Below are positions 25,287-38,199 of a stretch of DNA of 64,000 nt, piece by piece. The position numbers and the translations under genes are program-made. The stretch spans positions 210,941-274,940 of the forward strand of contig MNCI01000178.1 of assembly GCA_015680685.1 (NCBI GenBank). The letters are read 5' to 3'. This DNA comes from Gnetum montanum (Eukaryota; Plantae; Gnetophyta). The first letter of the stretch is position 1. The number at the start of each line of letters is the position of its first letter. The notes beneath the pieces were generated by a model. That model did not search any database, had not been told where the DNA came from, and saw nothing but the letters and a program-made list of their open reading frames with translations.

Positions 25287-28200
25287 ATGTCTTCTTCTCA
25301 CAAGAGCAATTCTCCACCCAAGTCTGATAAAGCTTATCAGCTAGTGCCTCAACAATATCAAATTGTATATACTTATCTTGATCAATATGTACTAAACTTC
25401 ACCTTCATCCTACACTAGGATGAACAGCTATAATGGTATGACATGAAAGGCAACATTGTGTTGCCATCTGATCGAGATATTCCTACAATGCTCTACCAAA
25501 TGCTTACATGATGTGGTCCCCAAGACTGCCATGTAGAGTATATTGTGGAGGATACTAACACCATGGATTATCATCCCACTAAAGAACAACATTTGTAATA
25601 CTAACAACTAGAACAGCACTATGAATTTTTCAAGGGAAAAGGACTTAACCATTCTCCATTCCTATTATACCAACAAGCTAGTGGGGAACCCTTCTTTGCC
25701 AATTTTTCATTCAATGAAACTCCTCTCTTTGACTTCGTTGGTGGAGGTTAAAAGTAGAACTTGTAATCGACAATTCATAATCCTAGTTTTGGTAACAAGG
25801 GATCCAATGACAAAGAAGCATTTGAAGGAGCCAATCAAGATAAGGATGTAGACAAGAAGCAAGCTCAAGGTTATGGTCACGATCGCCAAAGAGGTGGTAG
25901 TAGGCATCGTGATGGTTCTAGTTCTCCTTCATCTTCCCATTCATCATCATCTTCTTCTTCTAGTTCCAATCATGATCGTAGAAGGCAAGACCATGATGAA
26001 GGTGGCCGAAATGAAGAAAATGACCGATAGGACCAAAATGATCAAGGGAACCATCAAGAAAGACAAGATCAAGGACGTAGACATTCAAGAAAGCCACATT
26101 GCCATGAAAAAATGGGTAGTAGAGGGCATCATACACACCATGATCACAATCTCAATGACCTCTACTTGCTACCCAAAGTATGCTTAACATTGTAGAGGCA
26201 ATAAAAATTCCAACAAGACATATGAAGGATAGTTGGATCAAAAAGTTAGATATGAACAATATTCCTTAATTTGAATGTGGATATAACTCTAACCTGTAGA
26301 ACCATCTTCAAGCTTTTCAAGATGGATGTGCCTTGCAAAATATAGAAAATGAGTGGCTACAACTTAAGTTGTTTCCCAGGACACTCATCAAAGAAGCAAA
26401 GAACTGGTACCAGTCCTTAGAACCGGAATCTATTAGATGATGGAGTACCATGCTTAAGTTTTTTAATGATAAATATCAAATGTACTCCAAATTTTACAAC
26501 CTAGGAAGGAAAATCTAAGGATGGAAGCAAGGAACACATGAGCCCTTGGATGCCGCCATCGGCTGATACTACTCTTTGATGCACAAATGTCCTAACCATG
26601 GTTATTCTCAACTGGATCAACTTTGCCACATTGTAGATGGGCTTCAATCAAAAACGAGGAGAATATTTGGTGTCTATGCCCAAGGGGGACTACTAAAACT
26701 AAGTGCCTATCAGATACGATAATTAATCGAGAAAGTAGCCAAAGAGGAGGGCAAACTGAGAAAAAGAGAAACTGCAAAAGAGTACAACCATGATCCTTCC
26801 ATTCGCAAGAGGGAGGTTCAATTCTATGATAGTGAACATGAGTCCATACTTGATGAGGGGATGAATAAGAAAACCTTGGCACTCCAAAAATTTCAATCTA
26901 AACTTACAACCAAGGTTGATTAGTTATGAGACTCCATGGATAGTAGAATTCAAGCTATCCTCAAAATTGCTAAAGAGTCCAAAGAACAAGGTAGTGATTG
27001 TGAGCATAGGAGGTGCAAAGAAGCTGAACATGCTTATCACAAAGGTAAGGACAAGATTGATACAATAGAAGAAGTTGTGGATAGTAAATAAAATGATCAT
27101 CATGGGGATGACATCTATCAGTATGAACATCCTAAGGGATGTTACCCTATTGTGTCACATCTATAGGAGTCTATGGTGTGTGCCTTAAACCCATGACTTA
27201 CTCAAAGGTAAACATCTAAAAGATAATCTTATCCTCAAGGTAATTTCAGGTAGTTCCACCAACAATAGCAATATTATCCAAGTGAAGCTCCACCACAACC
27301 TTATGAGTAGTGTTAGCAATGGCAGCAACCATAATCATGGGCACTAGCACCACCAAGGTAGCAATATCTTTATTGGTAGCCTAATCCATATGGTTACTAC
27401 ATTTAGTAACCCATGTATCCACGTGACTCTTCTAGTCATGTTTTTACTTTCCAACCTCACTACCACCATTCTAATTATTACTGAACACATTCTCCACATG
27501 AAAGAAGGGATGCCACCTCCTACCCTTATCCTCCTCCTATCCTTGCACATGGTCCTTCTCCATCTACATAGCTACCACTTGCTCCGCCTTTGCAGGGTGA
27601 ATTACTAACTCAACCATAGTAACGTAATGCTACTAGGATCATTAACCTACAACCAGTTTAGCAATTGGATGGGTCAAATACTTTATCAAAGAAAAGACCT
27701 TTCTTTTGACCTCACAATCCACCTAAGCCACCTCATACACCCATGGTTGACAACCTTGCTCCTACCTCTTCCTCCTTTGTGTCAAGTTCCTTTGAGCCTC
27801 CTTCAAATCAAAATTTGCCTAGGATCCATATTGTAATGCTCACTCATATTTTATCTAATTGGATCCATGCTAGAAACCTTCCCAGGAAATTAGTCGATCC
27901 TAGAAGTCCTCTAATTTATTTGCAGATTGCTGAAAATGAATTGTGCAAGGCTCTTCTTGATTCATGTTCTAGTGTTAATTTAATTTCTCATGAGATGTAC
28001 ACTACCTAGAACCTACCTCCTCTCAAGAAGAGCAACATAAGATTAGAAGTGGCAAACCATCCCGTCACTATTCCATTGGGATTAGTAGAAGACATTATGA
28101 CCACTATTTATGGACGGTCTTATCCTAGTGATTTCCTAGTAATCAAAGTGGACAACTACAACAGGGATTTTCCAATCATCATGAAAAGGGCATGGCTGAG

Positions 28201-31200
28201 CACCATTGATGCAAGAATGGGCATTAGAGATCTTTCCTTGGAAATATCTAAATAAAATGCATTTGGAAATATCAAGAAGAAAAGAGTTTCATGCATCACA
28301 TACAGTGATACAGGGTGCAATTGTGTGTAGAAACTTTAGGCTGTAAAGCAAGCATCTATCTTTGCATTCAAGCAATGTGCACCAAAAGTAGAAATTCAAA
28401 AGTGTCTATACATAGTAGTCACAAAATAGAAGGGCATCTAGTGGCTAACTACTGATTTGAAAAAGCAACACACTTTGCATGGAACCAACTAAGAGCTTGA
28501 CATGCACATATGTCATGAGCATGAATGAACTCGAACAAGTGCATCACCAACTCTCTAATGATATGAATGATGATACTTACTAGGGAGAGTTGGAAATTCC
28601 TAAAATGTTTAAACAAGAGCCCCTTGAATTGAAAATGCTACTGACTGGAATGAAACATATGTTTTTGAAAAATGGGAAGCTGATTATAATCAATGCATAT
28701 CTTACTCCAAAGCAAAAAAAGATGTTGTTGAAGGTAGTTGAAAAATTGTCAACAACTTTTGCTTAGTCATATCCTAAACTCACAGGGATTCATCCTAGGA
28801 TATTCTAGTAGTGCATATATACTAATCTAACCATGAAGCCAAAACAATAGCTATAGAGGTGATTGAACCCCAAATTGAAGTAAATCATCAAGGAGGAANG
28901 GTCATATCCTAAACTCACAGGGATTCATCCTAGGATATTCTAGTAGTGCATCTATACTAATCTAACCATGAAGCCAAAACAATAGCTATAGAGGTGATTG
29001 AACCCCAAATTGAAGCAAATCATCAAGGAGGAAATTAAGCAACTCCTTAAGGTGATGTTCATCTATCGCATTGCAAATAATGAGTGGGTTAGCCCACTTG
29101 TAATTGTGCCAAAGAAAGGTGGAAAGTGGCAGGTCTGCATTGATTTTTGGCTATTGAATATGGCAAGATTCAAGGATCATTTTCCGTTTCCATTTGTTAA
29201 CTAGGTGCTTGACACAATATCTGGGCATTGCTACTATAGTTTACTAAATGGTTATAATGGCTATAACCAAATTTAAATTGCACTAAAAGACTAAGCAAAG
29301 ATAACATTCATGAGTCCCTAGGGAAATTTTGCATATTGGAAGATGTTGTTTGATCTACGCAATGCTTCTACCACATTTTAGTGCCTAGTCCTTAGAATTT
29401 TTCAACAATAGATCAATAGTGGTATGGAAGTCTTCATGGATAACTTCTCCAATGCAGCAACATTTGAGTAAGTCCTAAACCACCTTATGCAAGTGCTAAA
29501 ATGATGTGTTGAAACCAACTTATAGCTCAATTGGCAACAAAGTCACTTAATGGTCCAGGAGGGCATTGTATTAGGGCACAGAATATTACAAGCAAGAATT
29601 GAGATAGACCCTAAAAAATAAGGGTTATCCAAGGAATAACCTATTCGCCAGAAACAATTAAAGATGTTTGATCATTCCTTGGACATATTAGCTACTACTT
29701 GTGATTCATAGAGAATTTCTCTAAGATTGCAAAATCATTAGTGAAGATAACAAAGAAAGATGCTTCCTTTGTCTAGACCATGGAATGTGAAAAAGCATTC
29801 TAATTACTAAAGGAAAAACTTGTAGAAACTCCATTTCTATAAGCACTTGGCTCATCCACACCATTTCATATCATGAAGAATGCATCAAATTATGCTTTGG
29901 GAGCTATGCTTATGTAGTTAAATGACAAAAAACCTCCATACTACATGCATTGTGCTAGCTAAAGCATTACGAATGCACAACTAAACTACACCACCATAGA
30001 GAAAGAATTGATGGCAATGGTATTTGCTCTAGAGAAGTTTTGGCATTATTTAATTGGATACAAGGTGTTTGTGCACATAGATCCCAGTGCCATCTGCTTC
30101 CTAATGAATAAGCTAATAGTGAGCCCACATGTCATATGGTAGCTAGTGATCTTATAGAAATTTGATCTTACAATGGCAGATCAAAGGGCACTAAGAATTT
30201 GATCATTGATTACTTATCTTGATTACAATGGGATGACAAAGAGGAAGAAAACCTACTATCTAACATGTCTCCTAATGAACTCCTCTTTGCTATGACTATA
30301 GCTAAACAAATTCCCAATGAGTCAAAATCATATGAGAGCATTCTCACCTATCTTCTCACTCAGGAGATGCCACAGGGGTTGGACCACCAGAAGAAACAAT
30401 AGTTTCTTCACCAAGTAAAACACTTCATGGAGATTAATGGACACCTCTACAAGGTGTATGTCAATGGCTTGGTTCATTGGTGTGTTCCTAATGCTAATCA
30501 ACTACATGTTCTCCAAGATGCTCATGAAGGTCCTTGTGGAGGAAATTATGCTAGAAAATGCATGGCCATTAAAATCCTAATGGCAGGGTACTATTGGCCA
30601 ACACTCTTTAGGGATGCTCACCATTACGTCTGCTCTTGTGAATGATGCCAATGAGATGGTGGAATAACTACTTAAATGGAGGAACCTCAACAATGGATTC
30701 AACCACTAGAACCCTTCGACATTTGGGGCATTGATTTCATGGGTCCCATCACACCCATGTCAAATGAAAAGGTGTACATCATAGTCACTGTTAACTATTG
30801 TACAAAATGAATAGATGTAGTAGCCATCATTGATTGTACATCCTCTACTGCTGCTTGTTTTGTACAACAAAATGTTGTAAATATGTTTGGTATGCCACAT
30901 GCATTAATTTCTCACAATAGAACTCACTTTACAAGCACTACTTTTTAGAAGCTCATGTAGTGCTTGGGGGTTGAACATAAACTCATAACACCTTACCATC
31001 CCCAAGCTAATGGTCAAGCTGAGGTTACCAATAGGAAAATCACAAAGATTCTAATAAGAACTATTAGCAAGTATTGGAAATATTGGAGCAAGAAACTCAA
31101 TGATGCTCTTTGGGCCTCCCACTCAACATGAAAAATTCCTATAGGCTACTCTCCCTATGAGCTTGTGTATAGAAAATTACCAACACTTCCTATTCAATCA

Positions 31201-31620
31201 AAACTCTGTACACTTTTAATAGCTTGTGACCTTGACCTTGACTTGAGTCTAGCCCAAAAAGAATGACTAATGAATCTCAACCTACTAGATGAAAATCAAT
31301 TAGTAGCCCTATCATCTAATGAGTTGCACAAGGCCTACAACAAAAAGTGTCATGACATAAAAATCAAAAAAAGTTAAATTTCATCTAGAAGATAAGGTTC
31401 TCTACTAGAACCCCACACACATACCTCAACAAACTAAGTTTCAAACATTGTGGAAGGGACATTACATTATTTATGAGACTTTTCCTTCTAGAGTTGTGAT
31501 CTACAAGCATGAGAGTCCAAAAAAGAAAAAGTTAGTCAACATCCAACAAATCAAACCTTTCCATGAGCATAAGCTAGCCAATACAACAAAAGCCTCATCA
31601 CATGGACAACCATGCTTAAT
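25287..31620 (+). pseudogene. Decayed gag-pol of B (gag, PR, RT, RNase H, integrase)
   Basis: ALLDSCSSVNLIS (PR); EWVSPLVIVPKKGGKWQVCIDF..KDHFPFPF and EVFMDNFS (RT); NYTTIEKELMAMVFALEKF (RH); HEGPCGG..YYWPTLFRDA..C..CQ, FDIWGIDFMGP and YHPQANGQAEV (INT). Confidence 0.95.
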
Positions 31621-32276
31621 ATTTTAGATCTCCTCCTTTCAACGTAGTCATGGGGGAGATGGCCACCCAAGCTAATCATATAAGTGGCTCTTCAATTTTT
31701 CAATTTTTTGTTTTACACATTTTTTATTTTACAACTTTTTTTTTACACATTCTTTATTTTACATCTTCTTGTTTTCATGTTATTAATCTTTTCTAATTTT
31801 TGTTTTACACCATCGTTATAAAATTTACTACTTCTTGAATATTTTATACTTTCTTTTATATTTTCTTTTATTTGGTATGATTTTCAAACTTTTTGTTAAT
31901 AAGTGCCAAGTGCATTGCTAATGCATTACTTGATGGTGGTATGTACTATTTGTGTTATTTGATTGTTGGTGTCTAGTTTCTAGCTTTAAATTTTATTATG
32001 AATAATTAGAACATGATTTCTTTTCATGCAATAGGTAGTGAGTCTACAACATCCACCCATTCATAAACTTTATGGTTTTCCTTGTTTTGGAAACATGTAG
32101 TCCCTTTTTCATTAATAAAACTTTAATAAATTTATCACTTTGGTAGTTTTTGAAATTGGGAAGGATTCAAAGGTTTTAATATTCTTTATGTTTTTCTATT
32201 TTCCTAGGTGCATGTGTGTTTTCATGGACTTTTTACCATTATATGTCATCCAATAAAAGAAAGTTGAATAAGCCCT

Positions 32277-32510
32277 TGCATGGTGTGGTTCTCATCAGAG
32301 AAAAAGAAAGGATGAGAATTCAAAGCACACCCCTTGGACAAAACAAATGCATCCATCCTTGCATAGTGTGGTTCTCATCAGAAAAAAAATGATGAGAATT
32401 GAAAGCACACCCCTTGGACAAAATAACTGCATGTGTCTTTACATGGTGTGGTTCCCATTTAAAAAAACAACAATGGGAATTCAAAGCACACCCCTTAGAC
32501 AAAATCAACT
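32277..32510. repeat. Tandem repeat, ~82-bp unit x3, in the 3' UTR of B
   Basis: catggtgtggttctcat...gaattcaaagcacacccc recurs at ~32277, ~32360 and ~32441. Confidence 0.85.
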
Positions 32511-33687
32511 AGCTATAAGCACTGGTTATGGGACTCATCCCCTCTAACTAAGGCCCTTCCTCACTTCCTACTTTTTCTATAATAAGGAACAATGGTTGTT
32601 ATATGGGAGCACTCTTCTATCTTAGGGGATAGGCTAGTCTTAGAATGATTATGTGAAGTCATTGAACATGATTGGTTTTGGTCTAGACTAAGGATGGATC
32701 CTATTAAGTCATTTAACCACAAAATCCACAAGGGACTTCATGTGACCATAATTAGGAACTTCATTCCACTCTTTCTCTCATCCATCGATGCTTTTCATGT
32801 CTCACCTCATTGCTAATTTCATGTATTAGTTTAATGTCCTAGTTTGATGTGTTGGAATTCTTAGTTAGTTTCTTCTAGGTTTTCTTACTTAACCTTCTAT
32901 AACCATTAATCATCTACAGAACCCACAGAATCTTTGGTTTGAAGTTAAGCAATGGCATAAAAGGCCTATGCCTACTTTGGGAGGACCCACTTGCATATCT
33001 TTTGGTTGGGTTAGTTAAGTTCTTTACCCTTAGACACTTTTACAATTAAATTCTCTTGTTTTTACCCCATCAATGACATCCAATTGTACACATATTCACA
33101 ATAGTTTCCAGTGAATTCATTTTTTTATTGTTGTGAATTCTTATACCCTCTTCAAATATTTTCTTGTGTTGAGAATGTAATGGACCACTTATCTAATTTA
33201 CCCTATTTGTTAGGCTTCCTGCTAACACTACTAAAGGAATCAATTTATCACAATCACAACCTAGCTAAGTGTAACCACCAATAAGATAAGGCATTTAATA
33301 GCGATGTGTTACACATTGCATACTAATTAGTGATTCTGTTATAATTACAATGGGAAGCATAGACTAGAAGTGGGACTATCTTCACCAAGGATGATGCAAT
33401 AGTACCACACAATGAGGACCATTCATTATTGGAGGATCTCTTCTCTCTCTCATTCTTCTACTACCAAGAGGTGTTGGACATCAGTGTTATCTAGGGTGCT
33501 CACTTCTATTATCATGAACACCCATTTTATAAAAATTGTAATTCCATATATTTGGGAACTCAGAGTCTGTTTGTTCCATCTAAGTCAGTATATATGTCAA
33601 TCAGTAATCCCATACCTACCTAATATATTATGTTGTAATAAACTTGTTCATCCTCTTCTTCACTTGAGGATGAGTATTCATTCAATC

Positions 33688-33696
33688 ATGGGGGTA
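33688..33696 (+). promoter_or_regulatory. Polypurine tract of B
   Basis: atgggggta directly before the TGATG LTR start at 33697. Confidence 0.7.
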
Positions 33697-34422
33697 TGAT
33701 GAAACATGTTTTCATTTGCTTTGATGTCGAGTATATAATGTCAAGGTCTAGATCTGATGTCAGGTATCCAACATCAAGGTATATACCTTGGACAATAAAT
33801 ATAGTGCCTGGCATCTAGTTTTTGCATAGTTTTGAAGGTAGTTTTTAATCAAAGTAGCAAAGCTCTTATTTTTTATTTTCCTTAGAGCTAGAATATTTTC
33901 TAAGTGCCTGTAGAAGGAGTTTAAGTATGTACGATTCTTTGTTTGAGCACTAATGTACTTGAGCAAAGTAGTGTGATGGGAATAAAATAAAATCTTTTCA
34001 CAATCCTTGCAACACTAAGAATAGATTAATATTTTCTTTAATGCATTTTACTTTCTTGATCTTTACTTTAATGCATTTGAATTAAGCAATTTATTTCTAG
34101 TTGTTAATGAACACAAGCACAACCACTTTAAACATACATATAGTACTTGGTAACCCAGCAACACTTAATGTTTGGTAGCCCAACAATGTTATATGTGTTC
34201 AGGATGTTTTCAGGAAAGTGGGATGGTTACTTGTCTTAGGCTAGTTAGGCAATAACAAATTAGATTTTAAATTTCTCTACTCTTCATTCTTGTTGTAGCT
34301 GATCAAATCTATAAAATATAAAATAAGAAAAATCATATACCTCAATTACACTTAAACCATACCCTTGAGTCTCACAAGTGTATTTGTGAAGACAATGAAC
34401 GTTCTCAATGCCCATTTCATGT

Positions 34423-37400
34423 TGTTGGCGACCGTTTGGGACGCGACCGCCAACAAGTGTTCTCGAACAGGATTTAGGTGCCTGCTGGTCTCTGGCAACG
34501 CCAAGGCCCAGATACCTCCAAATAAACTCAGTAGTTAATGTGAGTATGTGTGTGTGTTGTTGCGGCGTGTGGTTGTGTAAAATGTAACAATTGCATTGTG
34601 TGTGAACTACAAATGACTTACTTTAAAGAGATTTAGCCAACTTTGCCAAGTACTGTGAGTTCTTGAAAATTTCCTATTTTGTTCAACTGCCTAGTCTACG
34701 CGGTCCTTATAATACCTACTTGTAACAAATAAAATTTTGCAAAAACATTTAAGCACAACTCCGCAATCTACTCCTAATTTTCCCCAGAGAAAGAGATAGT
34801 TCCACAAAAAAACTAGAAATAGAGCAAGATTCGATGGAAATAAGCAAAAAAGAAAATAAAGAAGATTTGTGTAGACCTCAAATATTTAAACAAGGTAAAA
34901 TGACACGAGTAAACACTTCGCAATAAAGCTATCAAAAATTCAATATCTACGAATTGTTCAAACTTCCAAGGCTCAAACAAGCAATATCTTCAAGACAATC
35001 CTATTATGCTACCAAAAATTGTTGCCTAAACTACCACGTATGAGACTCCATTTTGACTAGATAATAGATGTCAACGATTGCATTCAAACAGAACCTTTAA
35101 GATACTTGATAATTTCTGATTGAAATACCACAAGAACTCACTTTAAAGATAAAAAGAAGTTATTCTGGTCCCATCAAAATACCAAAGATTTTCTGAACCC
35201 TCTCGACTACTGAATTGTTCAACGGCGTGACTACAAACAGAGGCTCTCTTACAACAATCCCAATAGCAGTTCCCACACGTTGCACAATAATGAAATTTAC
35301 TACTAAAATGTTCTTAAGGCTTTTAAACATAAGCGCTTCTATGGCAAAATTTAATAGAAATTTCTATCGGGCAATAGGAACAGTAAGAGCAATCAAAAAA
35401 TCCCAAAATTACTTGCCAAGGATGATACTATCTAAACCACTAGCTAGATAATTTAAACAAAACAAAAAAATGAAATGCATAACTCACAGGACCATGACAA
35501 AGAGGCTAAAATCTTTATTCTAGCAAGCCATCTTCCAAGAAATCTTTTTTACAAATCTTCCAAGACTCCAAGTGTGATGATGAGACTTCCTTGATCTCCT
35601 CTCCTCCCTGACCCCTGAAGCCTTTTTATAGGGTTCCAAGGTAGGTAGGGAAGTTACATATTAAAAATATCTCACCTAACTTCTCTCCCAAGTAACTTGG
35701 CCAACCAATTAGGAGATTACTTGCCCAACAAGTCAGGAGGTTACTTGCCCAACAAGTTAGGTAAGTTACAACAATTTTGAGTGGTTGTAACCACCAAAGA
35801 GATAAAAAAGCTGCAACTAACAAGTGTACTTGGTAGTGGTTACAAACATCATGGATTAAGGCTAGGAAGTTACAACTTCCACATAAAGTTCCAATTATAT
35901 AAATAAAAGCTATAGTTGGAAATGCCCATAAATCCCCCTTTTTATAAAATAGCTATACATATAACTTTACATATCTCCCCTTGGCCATGCTATAGAATAA
36001 TTTGAAGAGTACTTCAGGATATGAAAATACTACTTTTCAATGGTCCACAACACGTGACTCAAGCTCCAAACCATTTCTTCTCAGGCATTTTTGTATTTAG
36101 TTCCGTAAAGAGTACATAGTCTTCATATGTTTCTTTTTGATATCGTTTATCCTAATGCCGGAGAATAAAGAGTGCTGGATCAGTAAAATGCTAATGATGA
36201 AGGCAAGCGCGCATAGAAGTAGTGACCCCTGTGAATTTCATTTGCTTCTTTTTGATCTTTATCGAAATATTATTCTCATTTCATTCTTCGTGAGAATTCA
36301 AATCCACTCCACAACGGCCTTGGATAAGCAAGTCAGCTTACAAGCGAAGCGTTCCAACTTTAATTTATTAAAAACCTTATCAAAAATAAGAACCTTAGAA
36401 ATATTTGTGGCAAAGGCGCTTTGTTGTCTGGCCGAGTGCTGATTTTGCTTAACAAGCTTCTGCAACACGCGGTCACGCCTCCGCTGAATTCGTAATGTAA
36501 GTTGCACCTCCCAAAAATTCTGCAGCAGTTGAAACTAATTCGGTGCATGGTTCGCTGGTAGCTGAGACATCTTCTTCATTTGTGTTGCCATCATCTCTAT
36601 ATTTGGCAACGGCTCCGCCGAAGTTGCAGGCATTAGAGTCGTCATCAATTCTAACCAGATTCAGCTAGGAGAGGCCACGCACTTTCTTGTCAGGCACAAT
36701 TCTGTACACTGAAATTGCTTGGCTAGAAATGAAAATAAGGCCCAAAAACATTAAAACAGGACATTGAAAGTTTTGGATTTTTTAGAAGAACTCAGGGCCA
36801 GTCCTCCGTGGTAATGAATGTTCCAAATCAAAATCAACACACACACAGTAAGCCCGGCAAGCTAAGCCAACAAATTCACAGGCCCGGTTCTAGCACCATA
36901 GTTTCTCTTCTGTATTTTATCCATCCTCCCTAGACTAAATTCACCACCGCCAACAGCAGCAACTATGAATAGCCTTGAAATTAATGGAATCTTGGACTTG
37001 TAAAATGCCCATAGGCCAAAAGTAGAATTACACGTGGCGGCTCTCTCTGGAACAAGGTTTCTTTCACTTTTCTAAAAGTTTTCTCCGCTGATTCACTATT
37101 AACGATCTGATCATTTAAACAATCTCGTTGAGTACTGGAGAAATGGAGTTTGTGCAGCAAGTGTTTGACAGAATATCTTTGGAATTTGGTATGGGAATTC
37201 AACAAGGAGCTTCAGGTTTGGAACGGTTTTCCTACACTGACGATGCCATGTACCACTGACCATTGGCCCATTGCCCAGCATACTTCAGAAAAATATTTAT
37301 AAGATGCTAGATGATAGAAACGCTATTAGCTTTGGCTCTATTTTTGTTGCTGTGTAGGCATTTCATTTGCTGCGTTTTCTATACACAGTGCCATTTTGGA

Positions 37401-38082
37401 GGCCCCCTCTCGCTCTGCGGATTTTTATTCTTATTTTCTAATATTTTACAGGGCAGAAATTGTCATAGAGAATTGGAATTCCAGTGACGAAGTGCTGGCG
37501 TAACCCTTGAATAATCCTGTTTCTGCCTTTCTACATGAATGTTTCTTTTTGCAAAGTGCATTATCTAAAATTGTGTTGTGGGATAATGGATTGCTATACT
37601 CAGTTTTGATTGGTACTGTGAAATTTAGTTCACATACCATGATCCCTTGCAATAATGCAGAGCACCTCCTTCATTTTGCAGAATTCCACTTTTTCCTTTC
37701 TATTACAGAGATAAATATCTTGCTTACAGAGAAAAATATCTTGCTTAGTCATGAAATTTTAAACAATATATTCTTGAATTTCACAAGAGAAATAACTTCA
37801 CCCTGCACCAGACTGCTAAACTTGCAATTATCAGGCTATTCATCCATAAATCCCAGTGGATCATAATAAATTATAAAGGTAGAACAACACATTGGTGATT
37901 CTGTACTTATCAACAGGGCTGTGTAAGCTTGCTATAGGAATGGTGCTCCAATATTTTTTTTTAAATAAAGGAATTTCTTTTGTTCACTTATTCTTTTCCT
38001 CTCAAACTGAAAATTTAGCTACTTCTTCAAAAATTCTCAACTAATTTAAGCCTACTTCATGAAATGGCCAAATGTGCCAACA
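34423..38082 (-). mobile_element. 3660-bp solo LTR of an unrelated family, inserted in the 3' LTR of B
   Basis: TGTTGGC...GCCAACA termini; perfect TSD catgt (34418-34422, 38083-38087); no internal direct repeats or TE domains seen. A minus-strand TATA (cctataaaaagg, ~35621-35632) gives the orientation. Confidence 0.85.
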
Positions 38083-38199
38083 CATGTCCTAGAAGAGCTA
38101 GTGTACTAGATAACTATAGGTCCATGGAATTTGATCGGATCATGTGTAACACCTTAATGATTCATATGGTTGGACATAGGGGTACCTCGCTGCTCATCA

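Larger units (their letters stand above)
24841..38199 (+). mobile_element. Athila-like element copy B with all pol domains; 5' LTR truncated (24841-25121); 3' LTR 33697-34422 + 38088-38199
   Basis: 24841-25121 aligns with 34253-34422 + 38088-38199. PBS, gag-PR-RT-RH-INT order and PPT are present. Confidence 0.92.

Noticed and set aside
28766-29032. ~134-bp tandem duplication at the start of RT
   Set aside because: Near-identical copies joined at an n (28899); likely contig overlap or haplotype duplication.
34423-38082. TIR DNA transposon or TRIM
   Set aside because: TG...CA ends with a 5-bp TSD and only a 7-bp inverted repeat fit an LTR. No transposase and no paired direct repeats were seen.
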